The notes: generated from the sequence alone by a model not told the origin. DNA of 64,000 nucleotides from Octopus vulgaris (GCA_951406725.2 OX597821.1:81096001-81160000), one strand, 5' to 3'; counted from the first letter of the stretch, positions 26,365 to 38,900 are shown. A program made the numbers and translations.

Positions 26365-26790
26365 AAATTAAAATCGATCAACATCAATGGAATTTGTAGT
26401 TGTGGTACCAGTGCTGGTGGCACATAAGAGAACCATCCGAACGTGGCCATAGCCAGCACCGCATCGACTGGCCTCCGTGCCGGTGGCACATAACAAACAC
26501 CATCCAATCGTAGCCGTTGCCAGCCTTGCCTGGCCTCCGTGCCGGTGGCACGTAAAAAGCACCATCCAAGCGTGGCCGTTTGCCAGCCTCATCTGGCACC
26601 TGTGTTGGTGGCACGTAAAAAGCACCCACTACACTCACGGAGTGGTTGGCGTTAGGAAGGGCATCCAGCTGTAAAAACACTGCCAGATCTGACTGGCCTG
26701 GTGCAGCCTTCGGGCTTCCCAGACCCCAGTTGAACTGTCCAACCCATGCTAGCATGGAAAGCGGACGTTAAACGATGATGATGATGATGT
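26365..26790 (+). mobile_element. RTE LINE 3'UTR copy with four ~60-bp subrepeats
   Basis: Units centred on gtgc(c/t)ggtggcac; ends catgctagcatggaaagcggacgttaaac(gat)n; CpG-rich, so young. Confidence 0.9.
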
Positions 26791-26860
26791 GTGTTAATAA
26801 CAAAATAAACGAAAATCTCCCATCAAAATATGTTAATTTATGTTCCAAATACTCCCTGAA

Positions 26861-27078
26861 CCCCTTAGCATTCAGATTATTCAGTCAAATGTAATGCTTA
26901 TTTATTCACATTGCTTTGAATCAATAGGGAATAATCTTGTAGTTTTGAGATTTCAATATGATTGTTTATTTTTAGAATGACAATATAGGACAGATGTAAG
27001 AGGTTAGACCTGGCCAGTTTGAACAAAAAAAAAAACAGAATTTTTGAGCCGGATGTGGCCAGTTTGAATGCTAAAGGG
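26861..27078. mobile_element. piggyBac-like MITE
   Basis: TIRs ccccttagcattca / tgaatgctaaaggg|ttaa. Confidence 0.8.
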
Positions 27079-27147
27079 TTAATAATGATAGTTATTGTTT
27101 TCCGTTATTTTCAAAATTTAACTAAAATAAAGCTTAAAAAAAAAAAA

Positions 27148-27502
27148 GCACCATTCGAGTGTGATCGTTACCAGCGTCACCTTACTGGCACTTGTGCCGG
27201 TGGCATGTGAACAAAACATTCAAGCAAGGTCGTTGCCAGTGCCGCTGGACTGGCTCCTGTGCAGGTGGCACATAAAAAACACCATTTGAGCTTGGCCGTT
27301 ACCAGTACCGCCTGGCTGGCCCTTGTGCCTGTGGAATGTAAAAGCACCCACTACACTCTCGTAGTTGTTGGCGTTAGGAAGGGCAGCCAGCTGTAGAAAC
27401 TCTGCCAGATCAGATTGGAGTCTGGTGCAGCCATCTCCACCAGTCCTCAGTCAAATTGCCCAACCCATGCTAGCATGGAAAGCAGACGTTAAACGATGAT
27501 GA
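27148..27502 (+). mobile_element. RTE LINE 3'UTR copy with subrepeats
   Basis: Same architecture and terminus as 26365-26790. Confidence 0.9.
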
Positions 27503-27844
27503 AGAAGAAGAAGAAAGCTAGTGTACATCAATAGAATTACAATTCAAATCTGAGGAAGATTTGGCTGGTATTTCTAAAGGGTTAAGTGGTTTAATTTGAG
27601 AGTTGTGGGGTTAAGTCTTGTGCTTAGCTACAGATTCTTAGGACACAAATCAATTGCAGATAATATTACCAGATGATCTCATTCTTATTTCTGATAATTA
27701 AGTGGACTGAGATAATAGAGAATAGAATGTTCCACTCAGTACATTTAAACCTGTAACCAATGAGTTGCTAGTTCAATATCTCATCCACACAATTTTTGTT
27801 TTTATATCAAACAAAAGCAACTGACAAAGATACAAACATATTGC

Positions 27845-28068
27845 CAAGTTACTTGGTGACCTCACTAGTGCCTGTGTCATGAAAAAAAGCACCCAGCACA
27901 CTCTGTAATGTGGTTGGTATTAGAAAGGGCATCTAGCCATAGAAGCCATGGTAAAGCCCACACTGGAGCTTGATGAAACACTGCAGCTCATAAATACCCT
28001 GTTAAAATGTCCAACCTATACCTGCAAGTAAAGCATGTATGATGATGATGATGATGATGATGATGATA
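27845..28068 (+). mobile_element. RTE LINE 3'-end copy, older subfamily
   Basis: aagcacccagcacactctg..aagggcatctagccatagaa..(gat)n. Confidence 0.75.
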
Positions 28069-28385
28069 ATATATTTACTCTTTCTGCTTCAGCAATTTTG
28101 ACATTTTATAATTGATTCAGTTAGATATTCAGGTTGTCCCTCGTTCTTGTAGAAGCACTCCCTCTGTGAGTTAGTTTCATTTACCAGTTAGAAATATCAG
28201 TTATTTTTGATTAGTCATTAAAAGGATATAAACATCACATTCTCTCATTGTTCCATCTGTATAAATCTACTTAAGTTAAGAAAAAAAAATCATAACAGTT
28301 TTAAAGGTGAACATAATCTATGTGTTGCAAACCTCATGGAAAGTGGAAACAGAAGTTAGCATAGAGATCATCATCATTGTTTTAA

Positions 28386-28605
28386 CCCTTTAGTGTTCGC
28401 ATTATTCTGCCAAAATTAATCCTTTTTATCCACATTGTTTTGAACTAATCATGCATTATCTTGTAGCTATGAGATTTTGATGAGGTAGCTGTTAATTTTT
28501 AAAACAATATTGTAGGGTTGGTGTGAGAGATCAGATAGGGCTAGTTTGAACATAGAACAGACAGAATACTTTTGGCCGGATATGGCCGGTTTAAATGCTA
28601 AAGGG
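28386..28605. mobile_element. piggyBac-like MITE with TTAA TSD
   Basis: ttaa|ccctttagtgtt ... aatgctaaaggg|ttaa. Confidence 0.85.
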
Positions 28606-28611
28606 TTAATG

Positions 28612-28985
28612 TCCCTTTTTCCATACTCACATGATTGGAAAGAACTTGTTCAGACAAATTTCTTACAGCTGGATGCCTTTTCTGTCACCAACCTCTACCA
28701 GTTTCGTCATAACCAGACCTGTTTTCACAGAAGGCTGAAAATGCAGGACACTGCTTGTATGACAGTGACACTCATTTACAACTATTATACAATGATAAAT
28801 TAAGGAGACAATAAAACACACACACATATATGGCAATCTTCGTTCTGTTTCCATCCACCAAATCCACTCACAAGGGCTCTGGTCAGCCTAGGTATAGCAG
28901 AAGACACTTGCCCACAGAACCACATAGTGGGACTGAACCTGAAACCATATGGTTGGCAAGCAATCTTCTTACCACACAACCACAC
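28612..28985 (-). mobile_element. tRNA/CORE-type SINE, tail B
   Basis: Collinear with 1060-1440 and 49150-49535. Confidence 0.8.
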
Positions 28986-29870
28986 CGGTGCCAGTTCGTC
29001 AATAAAGACATCAGCTGAAGTATTTTTGTCAGACAACTGTGCTGTAGACAACCAGGTCATGTGACTGAACAATAAATGCAGGGCAAAAACAAAAATTTCC
29101 ATGCACTGCCAGTGAAAAGTAATCATTGCAGAGGTAGAAATGGGAAGAAGTAGCAAGGAGACATCTGATGAAGCTAGGACCCTCACGAGTGAGATTATGA
29201 AAGCCGTACAATTCATGTCAACATAGAAACATAAGAATTAAAATGCTGACGAGGACATTCATTTTTGCCAGCTACCTGTCTCTACTTTCATATCGACTTT
29301 TCTTATCCAGCTACCTGTCTCTACTTTCATATGTATTTTCACCAAGATATAAACATCAGGTTTTCACACATCATCTTTTTCTGTAACCAGCAACCCGTTT
29401 ACACTTAAGCAGTCATTTCATTTTTCCCCCTTTCCAAATTTCTAATATCTTGAACATTTTTTTTTTTTTAAATCTTATTTATTTAGCTGTATTGCCTGTG
29501 GCACAACAGAATAGTTTATGTGATGCTGATTCTTAAAAGCTTTATCAGTAAGCAACTGAGCTACTTCAAAAAAATTGAAATGCACTATGCACTTCACACT
29601 CATCTCTCGTATCTGGTTTACAACAAAACTATTGTGAAACGCTGCATACATTGAGCTATATTTGCAACATTTCAGCTATTTTCTTCCTGATATATTACAA
29701 AGAGTCAACTTGACATAAGGTTTGTTATCATCATTGTCACAAGTTTAATGTACAAGTGTCTAGAAACATGTTTGGAGTCTCACAACACACAAGTTTACAT
29801 TGAAAAACATTCAATTCCAAACGGCCTCATTTTTTAAAATACACTATTTTTTGCTTGTTTGTTTTATTTA

Positions 29871-29919
<49 letters not shown>

Positions 29920-30370
29920 TTTATTTATTTATTGTGTATATAGGTATAGTGTACATGAATGGTTGAAAAGATTGGTGGTGATTTCTGAAAAAAGAAATCT
30001 GAAATTTCAAGACAGATATGTTCAATTTAGGTCTGGTTTTTTTGTAGCCAGTTCTATTTGCTTTTTGACTTAATCAACTTTTCATATATATTCTATACAT
30101 CAATTTTTATTCAAATGGATCAACAATCTGCAGTATCGCCATGAATCATATGAACTCAGTACTGATCGCCAGACTGTGTAGCATTAAAAAAACAGAGACA
30201 CTGCATAACAATCTCAAGAGAACACAATACCTGCTGCTCACAGCCATAGGAACAAGTCATATGAAATTGATACCATGCTTATATACAATGAAATATCTCT
30301 AGCATGCAATATTTCACCAGCTCAGCTATTACACTACTTAACTAAATCTAAATGTGTGTGTGTGTGTGTA

Positions 30371-30835
30371 TCATCATCATCGTTTAACGTCTGCTTTCCA
30401 TGCTAGCATGGGTTGGACGATTTTGACTAAGGACTGGCGAACCAGATGGCTGTGCCAGGCTCCAATCTGATCTGGCAGAGTTTCTACAGCTGGATGCCCT
30501 TCCTAATGCCAACCACTCAGAGTGTAGTGGATGCTTTTACGTGCCAGTCTGGCAGAACTGGCAACGGCCACGCCCAAAATGGTGTTTTTTATGTGCCACC
30601 TGCACCAGAGTCAGTCCAGCGGCACTGGCAATGATCTCACACGAATGTTTTGTTCACGTGCCACCGGCACAAATGCCAGTAAGGCGATGCTGGCAACGAT
30701 CACGCTCAAATGGCGATTTTTATGTGCCACCGGCACAGAAGCCAGATAGCTGCTCTGGCAGTGATCCCGCTTGGATGGAGCTGTTAGCGCTCCACTGGCA
30801 CGGGTGCCAGTCATCGAATTTGGTTCAATTTCAAT
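30371..30835 (-). mobile_element. RTE LINE 3'UTR copy, same subfamily as 62859-63520
   Basis: Nearly collinear with 62859-63340, including gtgccaccggcac subrepeats. Confidence 0.9.
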
Positions 30836-31847
30836 TTATTTATATATATATCAATAGCTTCCACTTAATAATGCTACATCTGTAAACTAGCTAAGGAAAG
30901 AGTGTTTGTGTGTGGTCATTGACCTTGCTACATATGGAAGGCAAATTGCCATCAAATCTCACTCTACCATCTTAAAAAGGGCACACATTAGATGAAGATC
31001 TGTCCAACCTATGACAAGCTAGGTAAGGAAAGAAAAAAAAAAAGATAAATAGAATCAATGATGATGATGATACTGCTAACAACACTTAATATGCCCAGTG
31101 AAATAATAATGAAAGGGTTTGAATTTTCAGAACCCTGCAAACACTATTCAAACAGAAGCAAAGCAAATCAAAATATTTTTTGTCAAAAATTATTTTCAAA
31201 CTTATTTACTAATTATTTGATTAACATCTACCTACATTCCAAAATGTTTTTAGTTCAAACAAGCAGATGTCTGACAATCTAAACATAATAGTAAGATACT
31301 TTTTTTTCCACAGCTTCAAGAAGAGTTACCCTAATTTCAGTGTTATACTAATATAAACTGTCAGCTAATAAACACTGATACACCATGTGTCCCCCACATA
31401 AAATTGGGATGTGTGTGTGTGTGTGTGTGTATATATATAAACACTACCAACCAAGTATATAGCTATGTTTGTATAAAGTTAAGTTCACACATCATCAATG
31501 ACATAAGATACCAAATGCAAATAAACACAACCTTAACATTTTCTCTAAGCTGGTATGCCACCAGAATCAGGTGCAAATAGATTTTAAGAACCAAATGGAA
31601 TGTCACCTATCACCTAACCACACAAAATTTAAAACCCAACAAATTATTCAAGCAGGCATGGCTGTATGGTTAACAAGCTTGCCTTGCAACCACATAGTTT
31701 CAGGTTCAGTTCCACTGTGCAGCACCTTGGCCAATGTCTTCTACTTTCTCAGTGAATTTGGTAAACAGACACTGCATGGAACTCTGTTGCATGTGTAATA
31801 TATATATACATACACACACACACACACACATACATACATACATATAT

Positions 31848-32015
31848 CATTATCATCATCTAATGTCTACTTTCCATGCTGGCATGGGTTGGATGGTTTA
31901 ACTGTAAACTGGTAAGAGCTGCACCAGGTTCGAATCTGATTTGGCATGATTTCTATGACTGGATGCCCTTCCTAATGCCAGCCACTCTGAGAGTGTAGTG
32001 GGTGCTTTTTACGTA
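31848..32015 (-). mobile_element. RTE LINE 3'-end copy nested in a SINE microsatellite
   Basis: tttccatgctggcatgggttggatgg..ggatgcccttcctaatgcc. Confidence 0.85.
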
Positions 32016-32123
32016 ACACTGCATTTGTCATTGTCCCACTCCCCACTGTTCGACACTGCTGTTGGTTTGTTTACAGCTCTTAACTAAGCAGTCCAGCAAA
32101 AGAGACTGACCAAATAAGTACCA

Positions 32124-32600
32124 TTATTTACATTTGACGGATATTTGTCCTCATCTTCTTTTTTGTCAACACAACATTTCAGCTGATATACCCTCCAGCC
32201 TTCATCAGGTGTCTTGAAGAAATTACCTAAGGTATTTTTCGATGTTGTTATTATTATTATTATTACTATTATTCAGGTCACTGCCTGGAATCTAATTCGG
32301 AATCTTGATGTTAGTAGCCCACGCTCTTAACCACTATGCCATATTCCCACGTACTGCTAACTCAAAGATTCCAAGTTCGATTTCAGGCAGTGACCTGAAT
32401 AATAGTAACAACAACAACAATAATAACATCAAAAAATACCTTAGGAATGAGAGCCCAGATTCAAAATTTCCCCCAAGACACCTAATGAAAGCTGGAGGGT
32501 ATATATATCGTTAACAAGAAACAAAATGAGGACAAATATCCGTCAAATGTAAATAATATAAATAATGTACATAATTCTTCATCTCTTAAATATAGAACAG
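32124..32600. mobile_element. Palindromic Penelope-type element with tRNA-like head and hammerhead motif (copy 2)
   Basis: Same arms and 3' tail as 7444-7967; 11-bp TSD aataagtacca at 32113-32123 and 32601-32611; right arm lacks about 30 nt at the centre. Confidence 0.85.
32168..32213 (-). ncRNA. Minimal type I hammerhead ribozyme motif (best-preserved arm)
   Basis: Minus strand reads GACAC CTGATGA A GGCTG gagggtatat CAGCT GAAA TG TT GTGTT: stem I GACAC/GTGTT, stem II GGCTG/CAGCY, both core boxes present. Confidence 0.7.
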
Positions 32601-34631
32601 AATAAGTACCAGTCTTGAAAAAAAAGTAATGCTGGAGTATATTTGTTCAACGAAAACCCCATAGCCCCAGCATGACCACTGCCCAATGACTAAAAAAGAC
32701 AAAATGACTGAGAAATATAACACACTTTCTGTTTTTTCTCCTACCAAAAACCGCTAAGAAAAAAAAAAGGACATTTTCAACAAGAATCACTCTAAACCTC
32801 TGTAGCTCTGTGTCATAATCCTTAGCTAAATTTATTTCTAACCAATTTTGCACAAATCTTCTTTCTCTTCCCTTATGTAACAGAGATAGCTTCACATCAT
32901 CAGTTGTTTAGAATTTTAAACACTGCCACTGAGAGGTGAGGTGAATGAATTTTGTGTACATGTAGAACTCCACCTTTCTCAGCAAAATCATAGTATAGAG
33001 GGTAGCTTGTGGTTTTCAAAGATGTAAAGAGAAAAAATACCATCAAATGATTTAATTCTAATGACTTACTGGTACTGAGAAAAAGCTAAATGCTGTAATG
33101 CCTTTAGTTTTCAGACAATTTAGTTTCCGCGTCACCATTAGTTGTTTGTTAGAAAGGACATCCAGCCACAGAAACCATGCCAAACCAGTCACTGGATTGT
33201 CAAACCATCCAACTCATACCAGCATGGAAAATTGACAGAGGAGGAGAAGGATAACGATTGTCTCACAGGCCCATGAGGGAACCCATATATGGTCAGTTGA
33301 CCTACTAGGAGTAGCAGCCAAATACCCTCAAACTGAAAAGAAACACATTGGATGGTGTGTAATCTCAGGTACAAAATACCCAGAATAAGAACAGAGTGCT
33401 CATGAATGGAACACTTTTGATGAGAAGTTTGTCTAATCAAGGCTAGGCCGACTTGGGCTAACAACCACAATTATTGTCTCACTCATCTTAAAAAGAGAAC
33501 TAAATGATCGGGATTCAAGCATAAAGCCTTTATTTGATACTAAAAGCGAAACAGAAAGTTCATATCTGCCACCCATCCAACAACATTATTAGTATATTAC
33601 AAGTACCATAAGTATAGTAGTTGTCTATTTTGTCACGCTTCAATTTGAGATCTAATACAATTCATTTAGTAAAGTATATGAACTGACCATCCAAATGATA
33701 CAGGGCTGATTCTTTCTCTTTCTCCAAAAAGCCAGCAAATTGTCTCAACACAAATAGGAACTGCTCCAAAAGCACAATAATCACAAATAGCAAATTAACT
33801 GCAACTGCATTTAATAGAATATATTTAGTGATTATTGCAGACTAATTACAAAAATGAAAGTTATAAATAGATGCATATATCAGACACATGCAGACACAGA
33901 GATGTGGAAGATGACTCAATCACAAAGTGACCTTCATCATAAATGTGAGTGGGCAGCGATTTCATCATTCTTAAGGTAACTATAATTAGATCTTAGTTTA
34001 GGTGGAGTTACTTAACTAAACCCTAAAGAAGGACAAAACATTGCTATTTTGTTGGTGCACGCACGCACACACACACACACACACAATGACCAATACCCTC
34101 ATCTGTTCTAATATAGACCATCAAAGCACTAACTGAAAGGTACTTAACTAGAAAGCAATGCAAAGATACAAATTTAGATTCAGTTACTGTAAACATTTAG
34201 TCTTCATATAAAGTAATTTTAGAGTAAAAAAAATACAAATTTAAGAGAGAGGAAGTGGAAAAAAAAGTGAAGGATATATAGAAAAAGTATGTTACAAGTA
34301 ATCAAAGGACCATGCTTTCAATACTTATTGGAATCTATTATGTTCAACACATGTATAATTATTTCATTTGAATTCCGATTGGTATAGGGGAGAGAGAGAG
34401 AGAGAGAGAGTTCTGTATCAAAGCTTGTCAAAACAAATTATGACAGTAATCAAAATCACTTTTCTAATGATGCTGACCTCATAATCTCCCTAACTTGAAT
34501 TTTTAGTTCAAATATTTCTTTCAGTGTAAGACAAGGTGTTCTTTAATGTCAGGTTTGCCCTGATTCAACATATCTATTATCAAAGATATTCAGCTATGAC
34601 CATCCACTTTTTATTTTCTTTCAGATAGTGC

Positions 34632-34980
34632 ATCATCATCATTATCCATTCAATATCCATTTTCCATGCTGGTACAGGTTAGATGGCTTGACAGTTGCTG
34701 GCATGGCCAGGGTCCACAGGGTTCCATAGTCTGTTTTGGCTTGGTTTCTACAGCTGGATGCCCTTCCTAATGCCAGCCACTTTACAGAGTGTACTGGGTG
34801 CTTTTTATGTGGAACCAGTACCAGAGCTTTTCATGTGGAACCAGCACCGGGGCCTTTTACGTGGCACCAGCACCAAAGCCTTTTATGTGACACAGCACCA
34901 GAGCCCTTTACGAGACCCCAACACCAGAGCCTTTTATGTGGCACAAGCACCAGTGCTTTTTACATGGTACCAGCACCCTA
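34632..34980 (-). mobile_element. RTE 3'-end copy with a ~26-bp minisatellite
   Basis: Standard tail, then about seven units of gc(c/t)ttttatgtgg(a/c)accagcacca at 34800-34978. Confidence 0.85.
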
Positions 34981-36159
34981 GAAGAATACTAACTAAATGC
35001 AGTGGTTATCAATTGTCTGAAGCTCAACACTTTCTTTAAAAAGAAAAAAAGAAAAAAAAAAGGTAGATTATTTGCCTCAAACAGAAGCTCATTTTTGAAC
35101 AATGGCTTGTCACCGGAGACAATGACCACACCCTCTCTGTACTTTTACACACACACACCTACTCTTAGTCACCCATTTCAGGCCTTTCTACTGTTTTCAT
35201 CCCTTCTCCTATCACACCTCTTAGGTCAAATTCTATATTACAAGCACTGTTGACATGCCTCTCACCCTTGTGCTGGTGCCATGATAAAAACCACACTACC
35301 TCTACCTCTACAGTAACTGGTGAGTGAGGTAACCTCTCTAGGGTTGGTGCCACAAAAAATATATCCAGTACATACAGTAAAGTGGTTGGCAAAGGAGTTG
35401 AGAAAGCATAGGATTGGTTGTGAAGTAGCTTTAGTTGTGTCTGGCCAATGACTATTCAACCACTTTAGAGTTAGTGATACAAGAAAATGTATCCAGTACA
35501 CTCTGTAAAGTGTTAAGGAACAGTATCAGCATCCAGCCATAGAAACCAAACCAAATGACAAGTGTAAGCACCAATCTAAGGATGCAGGGGTCTCCCAATA
35601 AGAAATGATACAGATATATGACTCGTCCAACCAATGCCAGCATAGAAAGCAGATACGAAAATGGGGACGATGAGCCTCCTTTTAAACCTCTGCATGCATT
35701 ATTGCAATTACTATGTTAAATGTTTATGGAATTTACTAAAGAAGGCAAAGGACTTATGAAATAAAATTATTATTCGACCTTGGCACATCTTACATCAGTC
35801 ATGTTTCTGCTCGTTGATAATACAATGAGCCTATTCATATTCTGACAAGGAAGTTTTTGAAAAAGTGTTTTAGTGTGTTTATGTGTGTGTGTGTGTGTAT
35901 GTAGTTCAATAGTCCTTAGCAAAACAGGATTAGAGCTACCTCACAACTGTGTGTTTGTTTGCATGTGTGTACATGTATGTATATATATATACAAATATAT
36001 ATGTATGTATGTATGTATGTATTTATGTATGCGTATCTTCAGCACCCTTGGTCACAATTAGTGATGATAAAATTTTTCTTTTATGGTATTATATTGTGCC
36101 CAGCTGTTTATATTAATTTTTAATCTATGTGTGTGTGTGTGTGTGTGCGCGCGTGTTTG

Positions 36160-37150
36160 TCATCATCATCATTTAACGTCAATTGTCCATGCTGGCATGG
36201 GTTGGATGGCTTGACCAAGTTTGGCAAGCTGGAAGGCTGCATCAGACTCAGTCTGATTTGGCTTGGTTTCTACGGCTGGATGCCCTACCTAATGCCAACT
36301 ACTCCAAGAGTGTAATGGGTGCTTTTACGTGCTACCAGCACAGGTGCCATTTGCACAACACCGGTATCTGCTGTGACTGCAATTTTATTTAAGTTGACGG
36401 GCCTTCTTCCCAAGCATGACATAATGCCAAAGGTCTCGGTCATTGCCTTGAAAGGAGCTCAGCCCCTTTGCCTCTGTGAGGCCCAACACTCGAAAGGTGC
36501 TTTTTACATGCCACCAGCACAGGTGCCAGCTATGTGACACCAGCATCAGCCATGACTAACAGTTTCTCATGCACAGCCTATCACTAAAGGTCTTGGCCAC
36601 TAGTCATTGCTTCTGTGAGGCCCAAAGTTCAAAGATCATGCTTCAACACCTTGTCTCATGTCTTTCTGGGTCTACCTCCACCACAGTTAGAGATCAGCAC
36701 TTCTTTACACAGCTGTCCTCATCCATATGCATCACATGACCATACTAGCGCAATTATCTCTCTTGCACACCACATCCGATGCCTCTTATGCGTAACTTTT
36801 TTCACAAGATACTTACACTGTCGAACATGCAGTGACATTGCACATCCAGTGAAGCATACTGGATTCATTTCTTTCAAGCCTACGCATGTCCTCAGCTATC
36901 ACAGTCCATGTTTCACTGCCATGTGGCATAGCTGTTTGCACACAGACATCATACAATCTGCCTTTCACTCTGAGAGAGAGGTTCTTTGTTGCCAGCAGAG
37001 GTAGGAGCTCTCTGAACTTTGCCCAGCCTAATCTTATTCTCACAGCTACGCTCTCGGAGCAGCCACCTCTGCTAACTTGATCCCCTACATAATGGAAGCT
37101 ATCTGCTACCACTGGCAGTCTATTTTCTGTACGTTTTCAGTGTTTGTTAT
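36160..37150 (-). mobile_element. RTE-clade LINE, 5'-truncated: RT C-terminal ORF remnant plus 3'UTR and (GAT)n tail
   Basis: ORF 36813-37112 (DSFHYVG..RIRLGWAKFRELLPLL..KGRLY..HGSETW..MLHWMCNV) continues directly into the 3'UTR seen as many solo copies. Confidence 0.92.
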
Positions 37151-37177
37151 GAATATGTATGTGCATGAGTGTATGTA

Positions 37178-37330
37178 TCGGAGTGGTTAGTGCTAGGAAG
37201 GGCATCCAACCATAGAAACCATGCCAAGTCAGACTGGAGTCTGGTGCAGCCCCTCAGCTTACCAGCCCTGGTCAAACCGTCCAATCCATGCCAGCATGGA
37301 CAATGGATGCTAAATGATGATGATGATGAT
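37178..37330 (+). mobile_element. RTE LINE 3'-end copy
   Basis: aggaagggcatccaaccatagaaacc..catgccagcatggacaatggatgctaaa(tga)n. Confidence 0.85.
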
Positions 37331-37689
37331 ATGAATATGCATATATATGTGAGTGAGTGTGTGTGTGTGTGTGTGTGTGTACACATACACATTCACACTT
37401 AGTTTAAATTTTGTGTCTAAGAAAAATCATGACCCTTCTAAATATCAGTGCCTCCCTGACACTTGCCATCCTTTTGTGAGCAAACAAACCTAAGGAGGTA
37501 CCATAGTCTAAGTTCAGAACCATTGAGCTAATATGTCTTTTTTTAAAACACACATGAGGGTGGTTTGGCTGCTAACTTTAGTAAGTGGAGTGACCATGTT
37601 GAGTAGCCATTTTCAACTCTTACACAATCATGACACACTGTATAAGAAACTAAACTGCAATAACATATCAGTTTTTCAAAATATTTTTT

Positions 37690-38050
37690 AGGCATAGCTG
37701 TGTGGTTAAGAAGTTTGCTTTGCAACCACGGCACCTTGAGCAAGTGTCTTTCACTATAGATACAGGCCAACGAATGCCTTGTGAGTGGATCTTGTAGACA
37801 AAAACTGCATGGAAACCAGCCCCACACATGCAGATGTGTGTGTGTATGCATATGTGTGCATGACCACTGCTTGACAACTAGCATTGGTTGGTTTGTTTAC
37901 ATTCCTGTGATTTAGCAGTTTCGGCAAGCAATACCAAGAGAATAAGTACCAGACTTTAAAAAAGCAAGTACTGGTATTGATTTGCTTGACTAAACCCTTC
38001 AAGGCAGTGCTCCACCATGGCCAGAGTCAACTAAAACAAAAGATAAAAAA
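37690..38050 (+). mobile_element. tRNA/CORE-type SINE, tail A
   Basis: Head, caccttgagcaagtgtctt core, microsatellite, tail A. Confidence 0.8.
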
Positions 38051-38476
38051 AGAAGTAATAAAATTACTTTCAAAACAAAAGTGAACAAAGCATTTCCCTT
38101 TACCTCCAAGGAATATCCAGACACCAGTGAATGAATTTTGATTGCACTCAAATTGTGCCCAAAATACAAAGATGAACCTGCAAAACTGCAAAGATTTTCT
38201 AACAGTACTTGTGTAGGTACAGTGCAGTGTATTCTAATCTCTGAATCAAAACTACAATAACTAAAATTCTACAAACTGAGTTACCATTTTTGGCTCCATA
38301 AAAAATGTATTACTATTTATATATTCATCATATCCATCACCAATTTAGCACCTACTTTTCCATGCTCTCATGGGACAGGTGGAGTTCACTGAGGCAGATT
38401 TTCTATTGCTGGATGCCCTTTCTGTCACTAACCCCTACCTGTCTCCACATAAAATTATATTTCTCCAAGGCTAGAC

Positions 38477-38900
38477 ATCATCATCATCATTGTTTAACGT
38501 CCATTTTCCATGCTAGCATGGGTTGGACGGTTCGACAAGGGTCTGGCAAGCCTGGAGGCTGCACCAGGCCCCAGTCTGATCTGGCAGTGTTTCTACAGCT
38601 GGATGCCCTTCCTAATCCCAACCACTCCGTGAGTGTAGTGGGTGCTTTTTATGTGCCACCAGCACAGGGGCCAGAGGAGGCTGGCAATGGCCATGATCGG
38701 TTGGTGCTTTTTACATGCTACTGGCACAGAAGCCAGCCAAGGCGGTGCTGGCATCAGCCACGTTCAGATGGTGCTTTTTACATGCCACAGCACAGGTATC
38801 ACAACTAAAATTTCCATTTGATTTTTATTTTGATGTACTTGACTCAATAGGTCTCCTCAAGCACAGCAGGTTGCCCCACGATCCAAGGTACTTTGAATGA
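38477..38900 (-). mobile_element. RTE LINE 3'UTR copy with subrepeats
   Basis: Reverse homolog of 26365-26790. Confidence 0.85.

Larger units (their letters stand above)
31652..32710 (+). mobile_element. tRNA/CORE-type SINE (tail A) split by two nested insertions
   Basis: Head 31652-31800, tail part 32025-32123, remainder 32601-32710. Confidence 0.8.

Noticed and set aside
26400-26630. CRISPR-like repeat/spacer pattern with a palindromic core
   Set aside because: Linkers are homologous to each other, the array is part of an RTE LINE 3'UTR found many times, the DNA is eukaryotic, and there are no cas genes.
29160-29222. Hammerhead-like ctgatga..gaaa
   Set aside because: No stem II pairing; the context looks like a decayed RTE C-terminus (KTWDE-like).
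38305-38808. 167-aa ORF and similar ORFs containing FLQLDALPNANH or WMPFLMP
   Set aside because: Antisense or off-frame translations of the RTE 3'UTR repeat, recurring at many copies.
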